A DNA stretch of 64,000 nucleotides, taken from assembly GCA_976551045.1 (NCBI GenBank), contig CDPCPM010000063.1, forward strand, positions 18,786,001-18,850,000. Direction: 5' to 3'. The translations under genes and the position numbers were made by a program. Below are positions 23,961-37,720 of this stretch, one piece after another (positions within the stretch are counted from its first letter, which is position 1; each line of letters starts with the position of its first letter). The notes below the pieces were generated by a model. That model saw nothing but the letters and a program-made list of their open reading frames with translations, was not told where the DNA came from and did not search any database. The DNA comes from Glaucostegus cemiculus (Eukaryota).

Positions 23961-24902
23961 GTCCAGTGTTGCATCTTCCCCAGTAATGTCCTCTATATAT
24001 TGAGTCCATATATATTGCCAGAAGACGGATAGATGAGGGCAAGCAACCGCTACCAGCGTTACAGAGAGGGCCATTCCCCAGCCACATCATCGAAGGAAGA
24101 GGAAAGGAAGAGGAAGACTCCAAAGCTCACCTCAGTCAGGCTGTGAAAGGGCGGGAGAGTGAAGCATACAGCAGCTCGACCAGAGCGGAAAGAACAGCAA
24201 GAGGTGGGAACAGGGACGGTGTAAAGCCGGCCATAGTTTGCACCAGGGGATTGAGGAATGCGTCAGGAACGGAACAGAAAAAAAAAGTTTATGATTCCTG
24301 AGCCGCACTTGTTGGAACAGTGCGGGAGGACAGAGAGCAGTGGGTTAACCTGCGCCTGAATGCATGTAACGTGGCACCAATGCCCGCAAGTCGAATGCGC
24401 CGGGATCTTTCGCAGAGTGAAATCAGGTGAGCCATACATCCCTTTTCTTTCTCCGATACGGCTGACCTTCATTTCCTCCGATGTAGGCGTATTGCTGTTT
24501 CACCATTACACAGGATTCAGTTCTGCACACGCCCAATCATTTCCCCAAGCAACGTGTTACCCTGGCGCCGCGCTGCACTGGTGATTAATTGAGTTCATGC
24601 CCTCTTTCTTCGTCTTTTAACTGAGAAATCCAACGTGGGATGGCGAGCAGCACTGCCCAGGGGGACAGCCCAGGGTCACTTCAGTCAAAGTTCCCGCTCC
24701 ACGGCTGTGGCACTCAGCGGGCGATGCCCTGCACAAGGCGAGAAATGCGGAAGTACGTGGCTTAAATACTGAAGCAAACCGGGAACCTCGGTCAAGAGAA
24801 AGACTTCGGAATAAACCTGGTCCTTGTTCGGGGTTTATTTTGTGTCTGCGCATCTCCGGCCAGAAGTCTTGGCTGGGCGAAGGAGAGGTCGAGCTGTCAG
24901 AC

Positions 24903-24929
24903 GTGTGTGTGTGTGTGTGTGTGTGTGTG
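24903..24929 (+). repeat. (GT)n microsatellite about 220 bp upstream of the ATG
   Basis: Uninterrupted GT run of about 13 units. Confidence 0.95.
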
Positions 24930-25149
24930 CGGGGGTGTGGGTGGGTGGTTTCGCAGACCATGGGAATTTCTCCTCGCTTCATTTTGGTGCATCACAGACG
25001 AGACCTGGGCACGGCAGCGAGTCCCTGTGGAGGCTGAACCCGCTCCCAAGGACATGTCGGGTCCATTAGCAGAGCCAGCCAGACTCTCGGCTCCCATTCC
25101 CCCCGTTTGCTCGGTTCCGAGGACTGGAGGCTGAGAAGTGACCCAAGCG

Positions 25150-25335
25150 ATGCCAGGCTTCGGAAGTATTGCTTGTCGGCACTTGAGACCGAAGACGGCC
25201 AGGAAGTCTGTTCTGCTCTGCCTCCTCCTATGGATCGCCTGCTGGTTTCTTGTAAACATGTCAGTCTTCATCCAGAAGAATATCTTCGCCGAATATTGCA
25301 CCGACCAGAAAAGTAAAGGCATTCTCGGTCGACTG
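25150..25335 (+). CDS. DIPK1C: DIPK1C/FAM69C-like divergent protein kinase, coding exon 1 (basic N-tail and type II transmembrane anchor)
   Basis: ATG at 25150 gives MPGFGSIACRHLRPKTARKSVLLCLLLWIACWFLVNMSVFIQKNIFAEYCTDQKSKGILGRL, ending at donor CTG|gtaag (intron starts 25336). EYCTDQKSKGIL resembles DIPK1C ERCTDEKSRRIL as recalled. 62 codons, phase 0. Confidence 0.88.
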
Positions 25336-27189
25336 GTAAGACATTTTACGAGATAATAGAGTGCAAATGTTCAAAATACGACTGCTCAGTAACTAATGAC
25401 TGATGTGTTAGAAAATGCACTTCCATCGGGATTTATATTGACAGGACTTAGTCCTTAGACAAGCTTTATTTCAAGGTAGTTTTGTTTATAGTTTAAACAA
25501 TAGCAAGCTGTTTCTCCCACGAAAATAAATAATGCAGTAACCATTTAAAAATGTTTATAGTATTTCATCCTGAATCTATATTTTTGGGATTGTGAAGCGA
25601 ACATTGTAACGAGATGTTGATCGATTAATAGAGCGCTATTAAACTGGAAAAGTGTTACATCATTTCGAGTAAAAATGAATCCTCACCATTTCTCAGAGGA
25701 AGCAAATGATTCAAGCAGCAAATTATTCGAGTCATTTTTATAATCCGATCGAAAGTGGGAGGTTGGTATGTTTAACTGGCGTGAATAAATGTGACCAAGA
25801 CAATTCTAAACTGTAAGAAGTTGTTGCATTTTATCGAGTGCTGGTTTGCTTATAATAACTCATGGTGTGGACGATTTAAAAGTATTGTTCGGACGAAAGC
25901 AGACTTTAGACATGACTTTTCACGCACCCGGCGCTGTTATAAACAGCCTTCGTGCTCTGGCCACGCTTTAACCTGCTGCACCAGTGTGGATGATTAATCA
26001 TCAGAGCCGGAGGACAAAGATTAGCACCATCAGCCGACGATATCGTCCGTTCACAGTTCACCAGACTGCTAAAAATAGTGACGGGACAAACACATTTTAA
26101 ATCGTTTAATTGCTGAACGCCCGTCAATCTTATTCAAATTGAATGACGTTACAGAGCCTCTTCTTGTTTGCAACTTTAAAGAAGGGTCTTCAAAACTCAC
26201 TTGTGAACTAAAGGGACATTTTGCCCTTCATTTAATACTGTACTCCAGATTAGGTCGATCATTTAGCGAAAGCTAGCACAGTATCTGCAAAAGTACATAA
26301 TAGGCATTTACGACTTTTTTAACCACAGAAGTTTCGTAACCATAAATTCAGTTTTCTATTTGCTCTTAACTTTAACATTACTAAATTACATGGGCGAAGA
26401 TATGAAATATTAAATTAGAATTGCCCCATTATTTCCCGTATTGACCAGTAGTGAAACCACAATCTATATTAATGGACGGCACAAGAATATAAATATTTGA
26501 AATGCATACTTATTTAAAAATCTTTCGTCCCGCTTATCATACATGCAAGGGTCGGTCTCAGAAAACCGGCAAATGTTCAGGTCACGCTTGCAGTGGATTT
26601 TATATTTAATATGAAGTTGCAGTAAATCACAATGGAACAGGTATTGGGATACCATGAAAGGCAGGAATAAATTAAGGAGTATCGGGGATATATGAAAACT
26701 GCCATTCAACCATCATCAGTCAGCAAACACTTACCAATAAAACTGCCAATGAGGAAGAAAATAGAGACCAATTAAGTTGCTCAAAGTACTTTTTGAAAGT
26801 ATTTCCTAGCATCACTTTGTGTGCGGGGTGACTGGAGAGCAAAGTGACTTCCAACATAAGAAACGGATATTACAAATATATAATTTGGAAATAATTAAAT
26901 GACCTTTCTGTGTTTGTAAACTCTCCAGTATTTTTTTCTCCCTAGGAGACATACATGGCTTTTAAGTCTTTAGTACCTGCATTGATTGAATTTTCAACAG
27001 TTATTGGTCCCCTAACTGAATTAATAAACTCCACCAAATAACATGGTACACATTATAGGCTACAGTGCTGTCATTCTCTGTAAACTTCTGCAAACAGAAT
27101 TTCCAGCTAAGATTGCCTTCCTTTGGACTGAAGTGACCAATGTTACACTTTGCAATGGGAACACATTGCCTCTTTCATGATCTTCAGCA

Positions 27190-28240
27190 GGAGGGGCTTT
27201 CCATAAACATGCCTCTCCTTGGTGTCCATGACTCCAGTGATGGAAAAGGATAGCAGGGAGGGTTTGGTAGCTGGACTCTTGTGACCTTGCTACAGGAGTT
27301 GCTCAGGGCAATACCCCAGGCTGAACCTTCTACAATTGCTTCATTGTTAATCAACAACCTACTTCTGCCAGAGGTGGGACGTTCTTTTATGATTCTGTGT
27401 GTTCAGTACAATTGAGGCACCTCAGATAATAAACTAATGATTGACCACATGTTGCAAGACCTGATAAAATTCTATCATGGACTAGTAAAGGAAAAGTAAT
27501 GTTTGCACCACACAATTTCCAGGCAATGACCACCAAGAGGAGGTTTATTCACCTTCTTTTGACATACTACAGCACTGTTGTCAGTGAATCTTTCACTATC
27601 AACTGTCTAGGAGTGCACTGAGGGAATAGCCCCAGCCGCATAAATACTGTAGGTGTAAAACCTGATTAGAGTATTCTGCAATGACTGGCTCATCCTGTGA
27701 CTCCCCAAGCCTTTCCAACATCTACAAAACACAGTTTAGGTACATGGTGGAATTCCGTTTACTTCCCTGAATGGGTTCAGCAAGATGCTAGAAGCTCACT
27801 AATATTCATCACAAAGCAAGTTATTTGACTAGCTTTCCTTAAGCGTTTCCTTAAATGTCTCCTTCTTCCATCATCCCTCACTGGCTGCAATGTCCACTAT
27901 CTAAAAGAAGGACTTGCTATGGTTTATTCACCAGTGCTTCCTAAGTCTGTGGCTTGTGGCATCTTCAAGGACAAAGGAGCAGAGGGACACCACCTTTTCA
28001 ATTCTTTTCAATTCACATAGCCTTCTGATTTGAAAATACTTTGCTGATTCTTCATCATAATGGGATCTTGGTATTCCATTTTTAACAGAAATTTCACTGC
28101 ATAGGCTGAAACAGTTCAAGATGGCAATTTACCACTGCCTACTCAATAATGGCAATTAGGCAGATACAATAATATTTGGGCTCACCAGTAAGGCTCACAT
28201 TCATAAATGACAATACCATTTTTGAGGAAACTAATTTAAA
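27190..28240 (+). mobile_element. Very old CR1/L2-type LINE
   Basis: Degenerate match to the family at 11510 and 34130 (caggagttgctcagggca, ccaggcaatgacc, ggcaataaat-type tail). Confidence 0.65.
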
Positions 28241-29639
28241 GATTGCAGGTCTAGACCCAAGAATGTCTCCCCCTCTATGTGGGAGATGGTGACAGGCTGA
28301 GAAATTATAAGATCTTGATTTATTACTCTTGCGTTTCCCCAAGACTTTGAAATACTGAAGCTGTACCAGTTTGTTTCGGAAGTATCTCCATTGCTTTACA
28401 TAAAACACTAAGAAGTTCTATTAAGGATATTAACCATCATTCCCAGACTAGGGTTTCAACTGAAGACTACATATTAACTTGGCTTGCTTTGGTTTATGAT
28501 TCATCTAAATTCCTCATTTCATTGCTGTCCCTATAAATTACCCAGAGGAAATGTTAGTATCTATATAAATATATTGAGGGAGTTAGCCACCATCTGCATA
28601 GTTTATCACTTCTTCATAAGTGAAAAATTGTGTGACTGGCGACCTCTATATCTGCAGTAAGTGAGAGTATATGATGATGACACTTAAAAGTGTGAGGAAA
28701 TTGATAAAACAACATAATAAAATTGCATAGTACTATGGGTTCAAAGTTTTGTTGCCTCTTCAATTTCAGAGGCAATTTGGAATGGATAATGTGTGGTAGC
28801 ATTGCCAACAGCATCCACATTTTGGGAATTAATAAATAAGAAAAATGCTTCATATTTTATTGCACATTAGTCTTTGTCTAGAATTCCATCTAAAACTTGT
28901 TCCTTAAAAAAATGATTGCTAATGTTTGGAAAGTCACACTAGTCCAGTAGCCTTCTAATGATTCTCCTTCATAAAATTCTGTAGCATTCCAAAATACATA
29001 TTTTGTCATTTATGACAAATGACATATAACATTTATTGTCCACCCCTAAATATGTTCTACACACCTAAAATGGATGTAACATTCTGAGCCATTTGCATGA
29101 TTTAGCAGAAAAGTGAAGCTGTAAAAATAATAATCAAGTTGTTCATTCGCTGGGCCTGTAGAGTGTGGAATTAACAGACCTAACAAATAAGAAGTTGGAA
29201 AACTGCGGTTGTTTAGTGAGACAGAGCCACAGAGTCATCCTGTACCTTTTGAACATTATACTAGTAACAATCACTTGGATCTCACAGAAAACCAATCTTG
29301 CCACAGATTCTATTAAAGCTTGAATGTAATTGCTGATGTTGACTTGAAGGAAGTTCATGGCCGAGATCTGGGTGACAGATTAAACATCACTGTGGCTTTA
29401 AATTTCCATACCTCCACTGAGTCATTTCAACATTAGATTGGGGTGCATGGATTATTTTGATAGAAGCAAATAAAAACCTATGAATTTCAGGTATTTAGTT
29501 TTGGAATTGAAAGAGATGGTGGTATGAGATTGCAGAATATTGACTGATTATCATGGCAACAGATCAAAATTTTTAAAAATGTATTTCTTAAAATATAAGA
29601 AGTTCTTAGTCACTATGCAATAATGTACGGTACAATATT

Positions 29640-29872
29640 CCAGCTGTTTGTAAGGAGTTTGTACATTCTCCCCGTGTCTGTGTGAGTTTTCTCCAGGTGC
29701 TCTGGTTTCCTCCCACATTCTAAAGGCGTACGGGTTAGGAGGTTGTGGACATGCTATGGTGGCACCGGACACGTGGCAACACTTGCGGGCTGCCCCCAGA
29801 ACATTCTACACAAGGATGCATTTCACTTGTGCTTTGATGTACATGTGACTAATAAAGTAATCTTATACCTTA
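29640..29872 (+). mobile_element. V-SINE with a Rex1-type tail, 5' truncated
   Basis: ggagtttgtacattctcccc...ggtttcctcccacattc core and tail acatgtgactaataaag. Confidence 0.85.
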
Positions 29873-31911
29873 ATAGTGAGGCACAGTATTGCAATGGGAG
29901 AGACTGAGAAAACTGTTAGAGTGATACTGCAGCTTTTGCTAGACATCAGTCTATACTGGGTCTGCTGTAGACTTGTTGTTTAAGGCCATGGCTTGTATAA
30001 TTTTATTGTGGAGCCAGAGAATCACTCACACAATCCATTTTCAGGTCAGACAGATTTGATCAGTTTTTTACCTCAACAAAAGAGAGAAAGGTCAATTAAC
30101 CTACTGGTACAGTCCATCCACTCTCTCTCCACTTGTACAAAGCACAACATTTTTATACATGTTTAGAGATAAGTTAAAACATCTTCACCAATATCTGGAC
30201 TTTCAGCTATCTCTTCTTCACAGTGAGAAGGTACATGATCTGACATCACCATCACTGCATGATCTTTCTGTCCTTAAAGACCCCTACCTTTAGATCAGAT
30301 TCTGGTGGTCTCATGTTTAAACAATACACTCTTTCATTTAAGGCCTTGGTTACCAAGGTGATGGTAGTAAGAGCACAAGGGTCTTCTGGTATCTTTTATA
30401 GACTTATTTCATGGAGTAGAAATACCCTTGCCTTGCACCATTCTTTATAAAAGAATATGTAAATTAACCTTTCAGTCTATGCCACTGTGTCTGACCACTT
30501 TACTATCATATAGCAGATGTAAGATGAAGGTGGATTTCTGAGGGCAGCTATATTCAAGATGAATGCTCACAAAATGCCAGTAGTCGTAAGTGAAAAATTT
30601 AAAAATAGTGTTCTCTTTTAATGCCTCTGTAACTATTCACTATTATTAATTGATTCTTCCTTTTCATTTCAACATGCACTGTAACAGCAGAGATAGTCAC
30701 CCTGAGAGTAGACGCTCTCCATCCAATTTCTTTCCAGATGCATCAGCTGAAGCAGTATTAGCTTGTATTTATGCAGTACCAAAGTCACTGGGAACAGTGC
30801 ACTTTACCAATCAGAGAATAAAATACCATAGACCGCATTGTTTATGGAACATAGCACAAGAATTTTTTGTTTCAAGAGGAAAGATTATGCAATGCTGCTA
30901 TAAAAAAGTATTTTCTATGAGCACTATGACCTACTCTAGAGGGCTGTTTTACAAAATAATACCTTCCTTTTTGTCTAAATAGAAGTTTCCTCAGGACAAT
31001 TTGGTGCCTTTAACTACTGAAGGCAGGAGCAATACCAATTTGCTGATCAAATATCTCAGCAGATTTTATTATCCTCCACAGTATGGCTGTGATCCAAATG
31101 GCTGTTTGATTGAATGCTCCTCCCTATACACATTTCTGCAGAAAATGAGACAAAATCACATTGTATAAATTATAATCGTGCAGCTAAAACAAAACCATAC
31201 AGCTCAATCCAGAGAAAACAATACATTGTTAATGTACTTTTGCCATTTAATGGAGAGGCTCTAAACTGTGTGATCTATACTGGCTTCCTGATGCTGAGGG
31301 ACGGCAGGATTGTCTGAAATACCATACTTCAGAGAACCTAAAGGACTCTTCTAGGCCTGTTCACCAACTAAAAATGTGGCACTATTCAAAGAAGGGCAAT
31401 AAGTTTGGCCATTTTCTCTCTCTACAATACATTTCATTGCTTGTTCCAAGATTTTACTGCAGATATAACTACTGCTGCATTTTTTCCACACAAGTACTAC
31501 ACTTCAAAATTTTCATCATATAGGAGTGAGCCAATTTGTTTCATTTTGTTCCCTCTCCATTGGAGGGTAATTTTTGTAACCCAGATGGTTTAATTTAAAG
31601 ACAACTTCCAGGAATATTCATTTTATTATATTTCTGACAATATATCACATCTTTTAGTTCTTTACAAAAGCACACAACATAAGAGTAGAGCTGTGGTATA
31701 AGCTGTGAGCCTTAACTATAATTTCAAGTGCAATACATAGATATCTGAGAAATATTACTTGCTCTGTAACATCTCAAATTTAATGTTAAGTTATCATGCA
31801 TACGTTTTTATGTTTAATTTAACTTTAAGTAACCTGAACGTTCATATTTTGGTGTTCTTTGTTGCAATAGAATACAGTAGAACTGATTTTGAGTTTCTAT
31901 GTTTGTTGCAG

Positions 31912-32607
31912 TGTCATGACTATCAGCAGGGAGTGCTGACAGGAGATCTGTGCGAGGATTTGTGTGTCACACAGACAATGGTTTATAAACGATGCCTGTA
32001 CTATGATAAAGGGAAAAAAGTTATACAGGCTGATTGGAATGGGCGGCCAATAATTCTGAAATCCAAACTAGAAGACTTCTTAAGCTATGACAGCCTTTAT
32101 CTTCTGGATGAACAAGAAAGCAAATCCATTCCTGATATTGACATCCTGGTCTTTACTGCACTGGAAATCAAACACTCCTTGGGTCTGGAAGTGAAGAATG
32201 TTACAGTACCACAACTATGGACCAAGCACTTAAAAGACAGAAGGGGCTCTTTCTCAAGAGCAGAGCTAGCCAGTATGTGGTCCCTGTTGCAGCAGGAGGA
32301 ATATGTATTTTTCCAGCTACTGCAGGATCTCAGTAAACATGTTCTCAAAATGGTGGGCTCCTGCGGTCATTTCTATGCTGTTGAGTACCTCACAGCTGGT
32401 CATACTTGGCATCACAACCTTTTTTCCCTGGAGGAGCTGGGCACTCGCTCCTGGCGAGGCAGCAGCAGCAAGGAATTGTGGCAGTCAGCTAATGGGATTG
32501 CACTTAGCTTCCTTGATCTAGCTAGGCACTTTGAGAATGACTTTTCCCACCAGCTTCATCTCTGTGACATCAAGCCAGAGAACTTTGCCATCAGGGCTGA
32601 TCTAACG
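31912..32607 (+). CDS. DIPK1C: DIPK1C-like exon 2 (Cys-rich N-lobe and catalytic loop)
   Basis: Acceptor ttgttgcag|TGT and donor ACG|gtaaat. Encodes CHDYQQGVLTGDLCEDLC, GKKVIQADWNGRPIILKSK (ATP-site Lys), LLQQEEY, GSCGHFYAVEYL and HLCDIKPENFAIR, all FAM69 family signatures. 232 codons. Confidence 0.96.
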
Positions 32608-33498
32608 GTAAATCGTGCGCGTGGGATGAGAAAATAGCAGCATTGAAAGGACAGGTTCTTGGTTCCCCTGTTTATGTGCATTTAAAAATGTTACATATTT
32701 GAGGTGCATGGTTGTCTTTTTCAAGTGGTGTAAGGCACTCCAAATTAACCTTCCAAATTAACATGCAAAGGATTTCAATATATACTAGAAGTCTACACTA
32801 GCTTCAGTAGCTAAAATGGGAAAAGGGAAGCAAAATTACAGACACTGAGCCTTCAGAAAAAAATAATTGATTGCATCAGCTCTGAAATATCCTTTCTCTT
32901 TTCAGATGTTCAGATACTGGCTGAGTGCTTCCAATATACTCCCATCACACACCAGTGAGGAAAACAGCATAAGTAGAATATAAGCCTCATCAAATTTCTG
33001 AAAGTAGCTCCACATTGTTCAATAAGTTTTTATGAAGCCATGAGATAGATTTCTGCTAGGTAAGAATATTAAGAGATATGGGACTAAGGCAGGGAAATGG
33101 GAGTTGCAGATCAGTGAATATCCAAAAGAATGACAGAATCAACTCAATGGGTTGAATAACCCACTCTTTCCTTTGTTACTGGATTTCAAATGCACATGCG
33201 TGCACGCGCAAGCACACACACACAAAAAAAATAAGAGCAGGAGTAGGTCATGTGCCTCCTCAAGCCTGCCCTGTAATTCAATATAATCATGGCTGATCTA
33301 CTCCAGGTCTCATCTCCTTTTCTATGCTAAATACATTGCCTGAGAGATCAATGGGAACAGACTCAAAGTTAAATTTCAGAAGTAAATTAGATAGAGATTT
33401 CAGACCATGCCTGACTGTTGTCTCGGACTTGCTGCATGTGGGCATCAGCTGCTTCATTTGCTGAGGAGTTGCTTTACCCTTTTTATTAACAACTGTTA

Positions 33499-33752
33499 AA
33501 TTAAACTAAATTTATTTACAACGTGGTAACAGGCCCTTTCGGCCCAACGAGTCCACGCCGCCCATTTTAACCCCCCAAATTAACCTACCCGTACGTCTTT
33601 CAGAATGTGGGAGGAAACCGGAGCACCCGGAGGAAACCCACGCAGACACGGGAAAACATACAAACTCCTTACAGACAGCGACGGGAATCGAACCCCGATC
33701 GCTGGCGCTGTAACAGCGTTGCGCTAACCGTTACGCTATCGTGCCGCCCCTT
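33499..33752 (-). mobile_element. Young full-length tRNA-derived V-SINE with TSD
   Basis: The minus strand begins GGGGCGGCACG with A-box and B-box (GTTCGATTCC). CpG-rich. TSD AACTGTTA at 33491-33498 and 33753-33760. Confidence 0.92.
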
Positions 33753-34109
33753 AACTGTTACTGTAAGAAAGGGTAAAACATTGACCAGGAATAAAGGAGA
33801 TGAATATTTATTTTCAAACTCCATTTAACAGGAGTTAATTCTAATTAATTTCAGATTATGCTTGTGTTCAATGATTATTTTATTCTCTTTTAAGATTTTT
33901 TCTCTCCTCGTATCTTTTGATTTGTTCAACACATTGCTGTGTCTGAACTGAACAGGGGAAATGGAAGCAGGAGCAGTCTTTACACCTCCTTGAGGATGGT
34001 CTCACATAAGAAAAAGTACATTACCTTAATGCTTATTCAATATTAATTAACAGCAAAGTCACTATTATTTGAGCATTTAATCCAGGATTAGCCTCCACTT
34101 GGAGAAAGC

Positions 34110-35415
34110 TACATTTGCAACCATATTCAGCCAGAAGATCCATCTTGGATCCAGCTTCCTGATGAGATCCCCACCATCACAGAAGCCAGTTTCCAGCCAA
34201 TTCGATTCACTTCGCACAATATTAAGAAATGGCTGAGAGCACTGGATACAGCAAATGTTACAGGGCCAGACAACATCACCACTCCCTTACTGAAGAGCTG
34301 AGCTCCAGAACTAGCTGCACCTCTAGCCCGGCTATTGCAATACCGTTACAATACTGGCATCTACACAACAACTGGGAAAATGCCCAGATGTGTCCTATTC
34401 ACAAATAGGAGGATAAGTCCAAGATGGCTGATTACTACCCAATTTGTTCTATGTTCTATGTATGTAATTACTCAGCTCTCAATAACCAGCAAAGTGATGG
34501 AAGCCATTGTTGACAGTGCTATTAAATGGGACTTATCAATAACTTATCTGTAACTCCTCAGCAAATGAAGCAGCCCGCGTCTGCAAGCAGCAAGTCCTAG
34601 ACAACACTCTGACATGGACTGATAGGTGGCAGGTAACATTCGCGACACAAAAATGCTAGGTTATGACTTTCCCCAAAAAGAGAAAAATCAAAACACCTGA
34701 CCTTGACATTCAGTGGATTTGCCTTTGCCAAGTCCCACACCATCAATATACTGGGGGTCACTTTTGACTAGAAACTGAATTGACTAGCCATATAAATACT
34801 GTGGTAAGGAGAGCAGATCAGACCCTGTGTATGGAGTGTTGAATGACTCACCTCTTCTCACACAAAGCTTTTCCTACATCTATAAAGCAAATTCAAGAAT
34901 GTGATGAAATAGTTCACATGCCTGGATGACTGCAGTCCCAACAATTCTCAAAAAGCTCAATGCTGTTCAGAACAAAGCAGCCCATTTCGTTCACACCCCA
35001 TTAATCATTCTAAACATTCATTTCCTCCACTAGTAGCACACAATGGCTGCACTGTTTACCATCTACTTGCTCAGACTAATCCAACAGCACCTCACAAAGC
35101 TGCAGCATCTATCCCAAGAGGAACAAAGAGCAGAAGTGCAGGGGAACATCACTGCCTGCAAGTTCCCCAAGTGCAGGGGAACATCACTAGCTGCAAGTTC
35201 CCCTCCAAGTTACACACTATCCTGACTTAGAAGAAAATTTCCAGATCATCGCTGGATCTAAATCTTGGAACCCCCTCCCTACAGTACAGTGGGAGTACCT
35301 TATTCACAATCACTGCAGAGGGTAAAGAAGGTGACTCGTCATCACCTTCTCAAAGACATTTAGAGATGGGCAATAAATGCTGGTCTTGCTTGCAATGCCC
35401 AGATCCTGGAAGTGA
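34110..35415 (+). mobile_element. CR1/L2-type LINE (intron 2)
   Basis: GPDNI...LKS..PELA.PL and SITSKVME motifs, and tail gatgggcaataaatgctggtcttgc. Contains a 35-bp tandem duplication at 35134-35203. Confidence 0.8.
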
Positions 35416-36043
35416 TTATATAAAAAACATAAATTATATAATAAATGGGATAAAAAAACACAGACATGCACAAATTCAAAACAACAATCATACGTAAACA
35501 GCACAAGCGTATTGAACAACATAAGTTGGCTCCATGTGTACATGCAACCTAAACAATACACACACACAGACACATAAACTGTAACACACAAAAATATTCA
35601 ACACATTTATGGGCAAATAAACACAAAACTACAAAACCATGTACGTGCACACATAAATTTGTAACTATTCTCTTGAGAGAATTAAAATTACTTCTGAGCG
35701 CCACTGCAGATCTTGCTAAATTTTAATTGGGCTTTGGTGAGTGCAATGTAGCCAGGACAAGGGGTGCCTGTGAAATTTAAAGACAAACAGGAAAAAGAAT
35801 CCATGAAGGTGTAACCAGAGGGTGATGGTCACCCAACTAGGATTTTTGCTGGTAAAGCTGTGGCTCTCTGATAATGAGGGATCCAAAGGAGTAAGCAAAC
35901 TGTTCAATAACATTGAATGAAAAAGTATTTTAGCTCAGAATGAGGTCCTACAATTCACTAGGCCTGCACTTGCTCTAGTAAGAGTGATCCATTTAACTCC
36001 ATTCACCTACTCTTTCCCTACATCTCCACAATCTTTCACTTTA

Positions 36044-36205
36044 NNNNNNNNNNNNNNNNNNNNNNNNNNNNNNNNNNNNNNNNNNNNNNNNNNNNNNNNN
36101 NNNNNNNNNNNNNNNNNNNNNNNNNNNNNNNNNNNNNNNNNNNNNNNNNNNNNNNNNNNNNNNNNNNNNNNNNNNNNNNNNNNNNNNNNNNNNNNNNNNN
36201 NNNNN
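36044..36205. other. Assembly gap (162 N)
   Basis: Run of N in intron 2. Confidence 1.
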
Positions 36206-37384
36206 TTTTATATACAACTACCGAATCTATATCCACTACACCATCAGACATGGCACACAGTATGCTAACTATATCTATGTTTCGTGTGGCTTTTAGTTCT
36301 TTTGTCAATTACATAAATCTTTACCCTTATCATCCTTACAGCCAATGGAGGCAGGTTTTCAATGTTTAAGGGGTTTAAATGTTTTCTTTGCATGACAATT
36401 GACAAATCTCCTCTTTAGTTTCACTATTATGAGGAAAACAAACCAGTTCCTCCTTTCTGTCCACGAACTGTAATTCTCACTCCCAAAACTACTTTAGCAA
36501 ATCTTTTCTGTGACCTCTCCAAAGCCACTCTATCATTCCGATAGTGTTGTGCCCAGAACTGGACAACAGAATTCAACTACAGATAAATTAGTGTTCTATA
36601 ATGTGTTCTATAGTGTTTAAATAAAAAAGCATGAATTGAATTCGAATCCAAATACTGTTCTGGTATTTTATCCAAAAACAAAGTATACAAACAAAAAAAG
36701 AGGAAATAAGATAATAGTAACTATTAAGTAGTAGGTATTTTTTTATATATGTAAAACACTGATTGCCCTTATGTCTTGCATTTTCAGTTTTAAATATATT
36801 CGGATGCATAATGAGAATGTGCTTTTATATGAAACCAGTTTTGATTGATGTTCAGATACTGAAGCAAGATATGTAAGAAAATTAGGTTAATGGATTTTTG
36901 TGTCAGCAGCACATCTGCATGTTCAAATATTTTACATGTGAATAAGTCAAGGATGAATGACTGAAACATATAGAAAAATACATTTCTTTTAACTCCAATC
37001 ACTGACTTACCACTGGCTCAACACAGTCCAGTGTTGAGGGTGACAGTGGTTAATTTATGACTGCAACATCTATCCTGACTTTCTGCCCATGTAAAATTAT
37101 GGAAACTTCAAAATACAAAGGCCTGGGTCTTGCAGGGAAATATCAGCAGCCCCCCTGTGATCACTAACAATTTCCCCATGTAACCAACAGCCACTGTGGA
37201 TTATCTGCAGGAACACTGATGACCGAAAGTTACTGTAAACTGTTGATGGCATTTTACAAGAATGAGCTCCAGTGTTGCAGTCCTCATGAAGTCCAGTGGT
37301 GAAGTGTCAATGAATGATAATTCACCAGTATTTAAACTGGATAATCTCCCCAAACTTGTGCAAAGTTAGACCTGATGCAGGAAT

Positions 37385-37720
37385 AGGGTGACTTAGAGGC
37401 ACAGCAAGTGATACTGCTGCCTCACAACCCCAATGACCTGGGTTCAATCCTGCCCTCAGGTGCTGTCAGTGTAGAGTTTGCACATCCTCCCTGCAACTGT
37501 GAAGATTTTTCTTGGGTTTTCTTGCTTCCTCCCACACCTTAATCAAGTAGGTAGGTTGACTGGCAAGTTAATTGGCCACTTTAAATTGCCCCTAGTGTAG
37601 TGGGTAAGGAGTTGATGACCTTGTAAGATAGCGAAAATAAGAGAAGGAATGGGATTGTTTTGAGAGCAGCAAGCATTGACTTAATGTTTCAAATAACCTT
37701 GTTCTATGTCATCAGGCAAT
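37385..37720 (+). mobile_element. V-SINE-like element
   Basis: gacctgggttcaatcctg B-box, gagtttgcacat, cttcctcccaca and taaattgcccctagtgtag. Confidence 0.75.

Larger units (their letters stand above)
24030..26200. promoter_or_regulatory. CpG-enriched promoter and first-exon region of the DIPK1C-like gene
   Basis: CpG dinucleotides are visibly more frequent here than in the CpG-depleted flanks. GGGCGG at about 24149 and CCAAT at about 24377 and 24533. The region surrounds exon 1. Confidence 0.7.

Noticed and set aside
24421-24487. + strand donor CAG|GTGAGC and acceptor 60 nt later
   Set aside because: The intron would be very short and nothing else supports it; it cannot be distinguished from chance.
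31759-32637. 292-aa ORF read as a single-exon gene
   Set aside because: The first 51 and last 9 residues are intronic; splice sites define exon 31912-32607.
33660-33752. tRNA-like sequence with A and B boxes
   Set aside because: It is the head of a V-SINE with body, tail and TSD, not a tRNA gene.
35134-35203. 35-bp tandem duplication
   Set aside because: It lies inside a dead LINE tail and is an ordinary slippage product.
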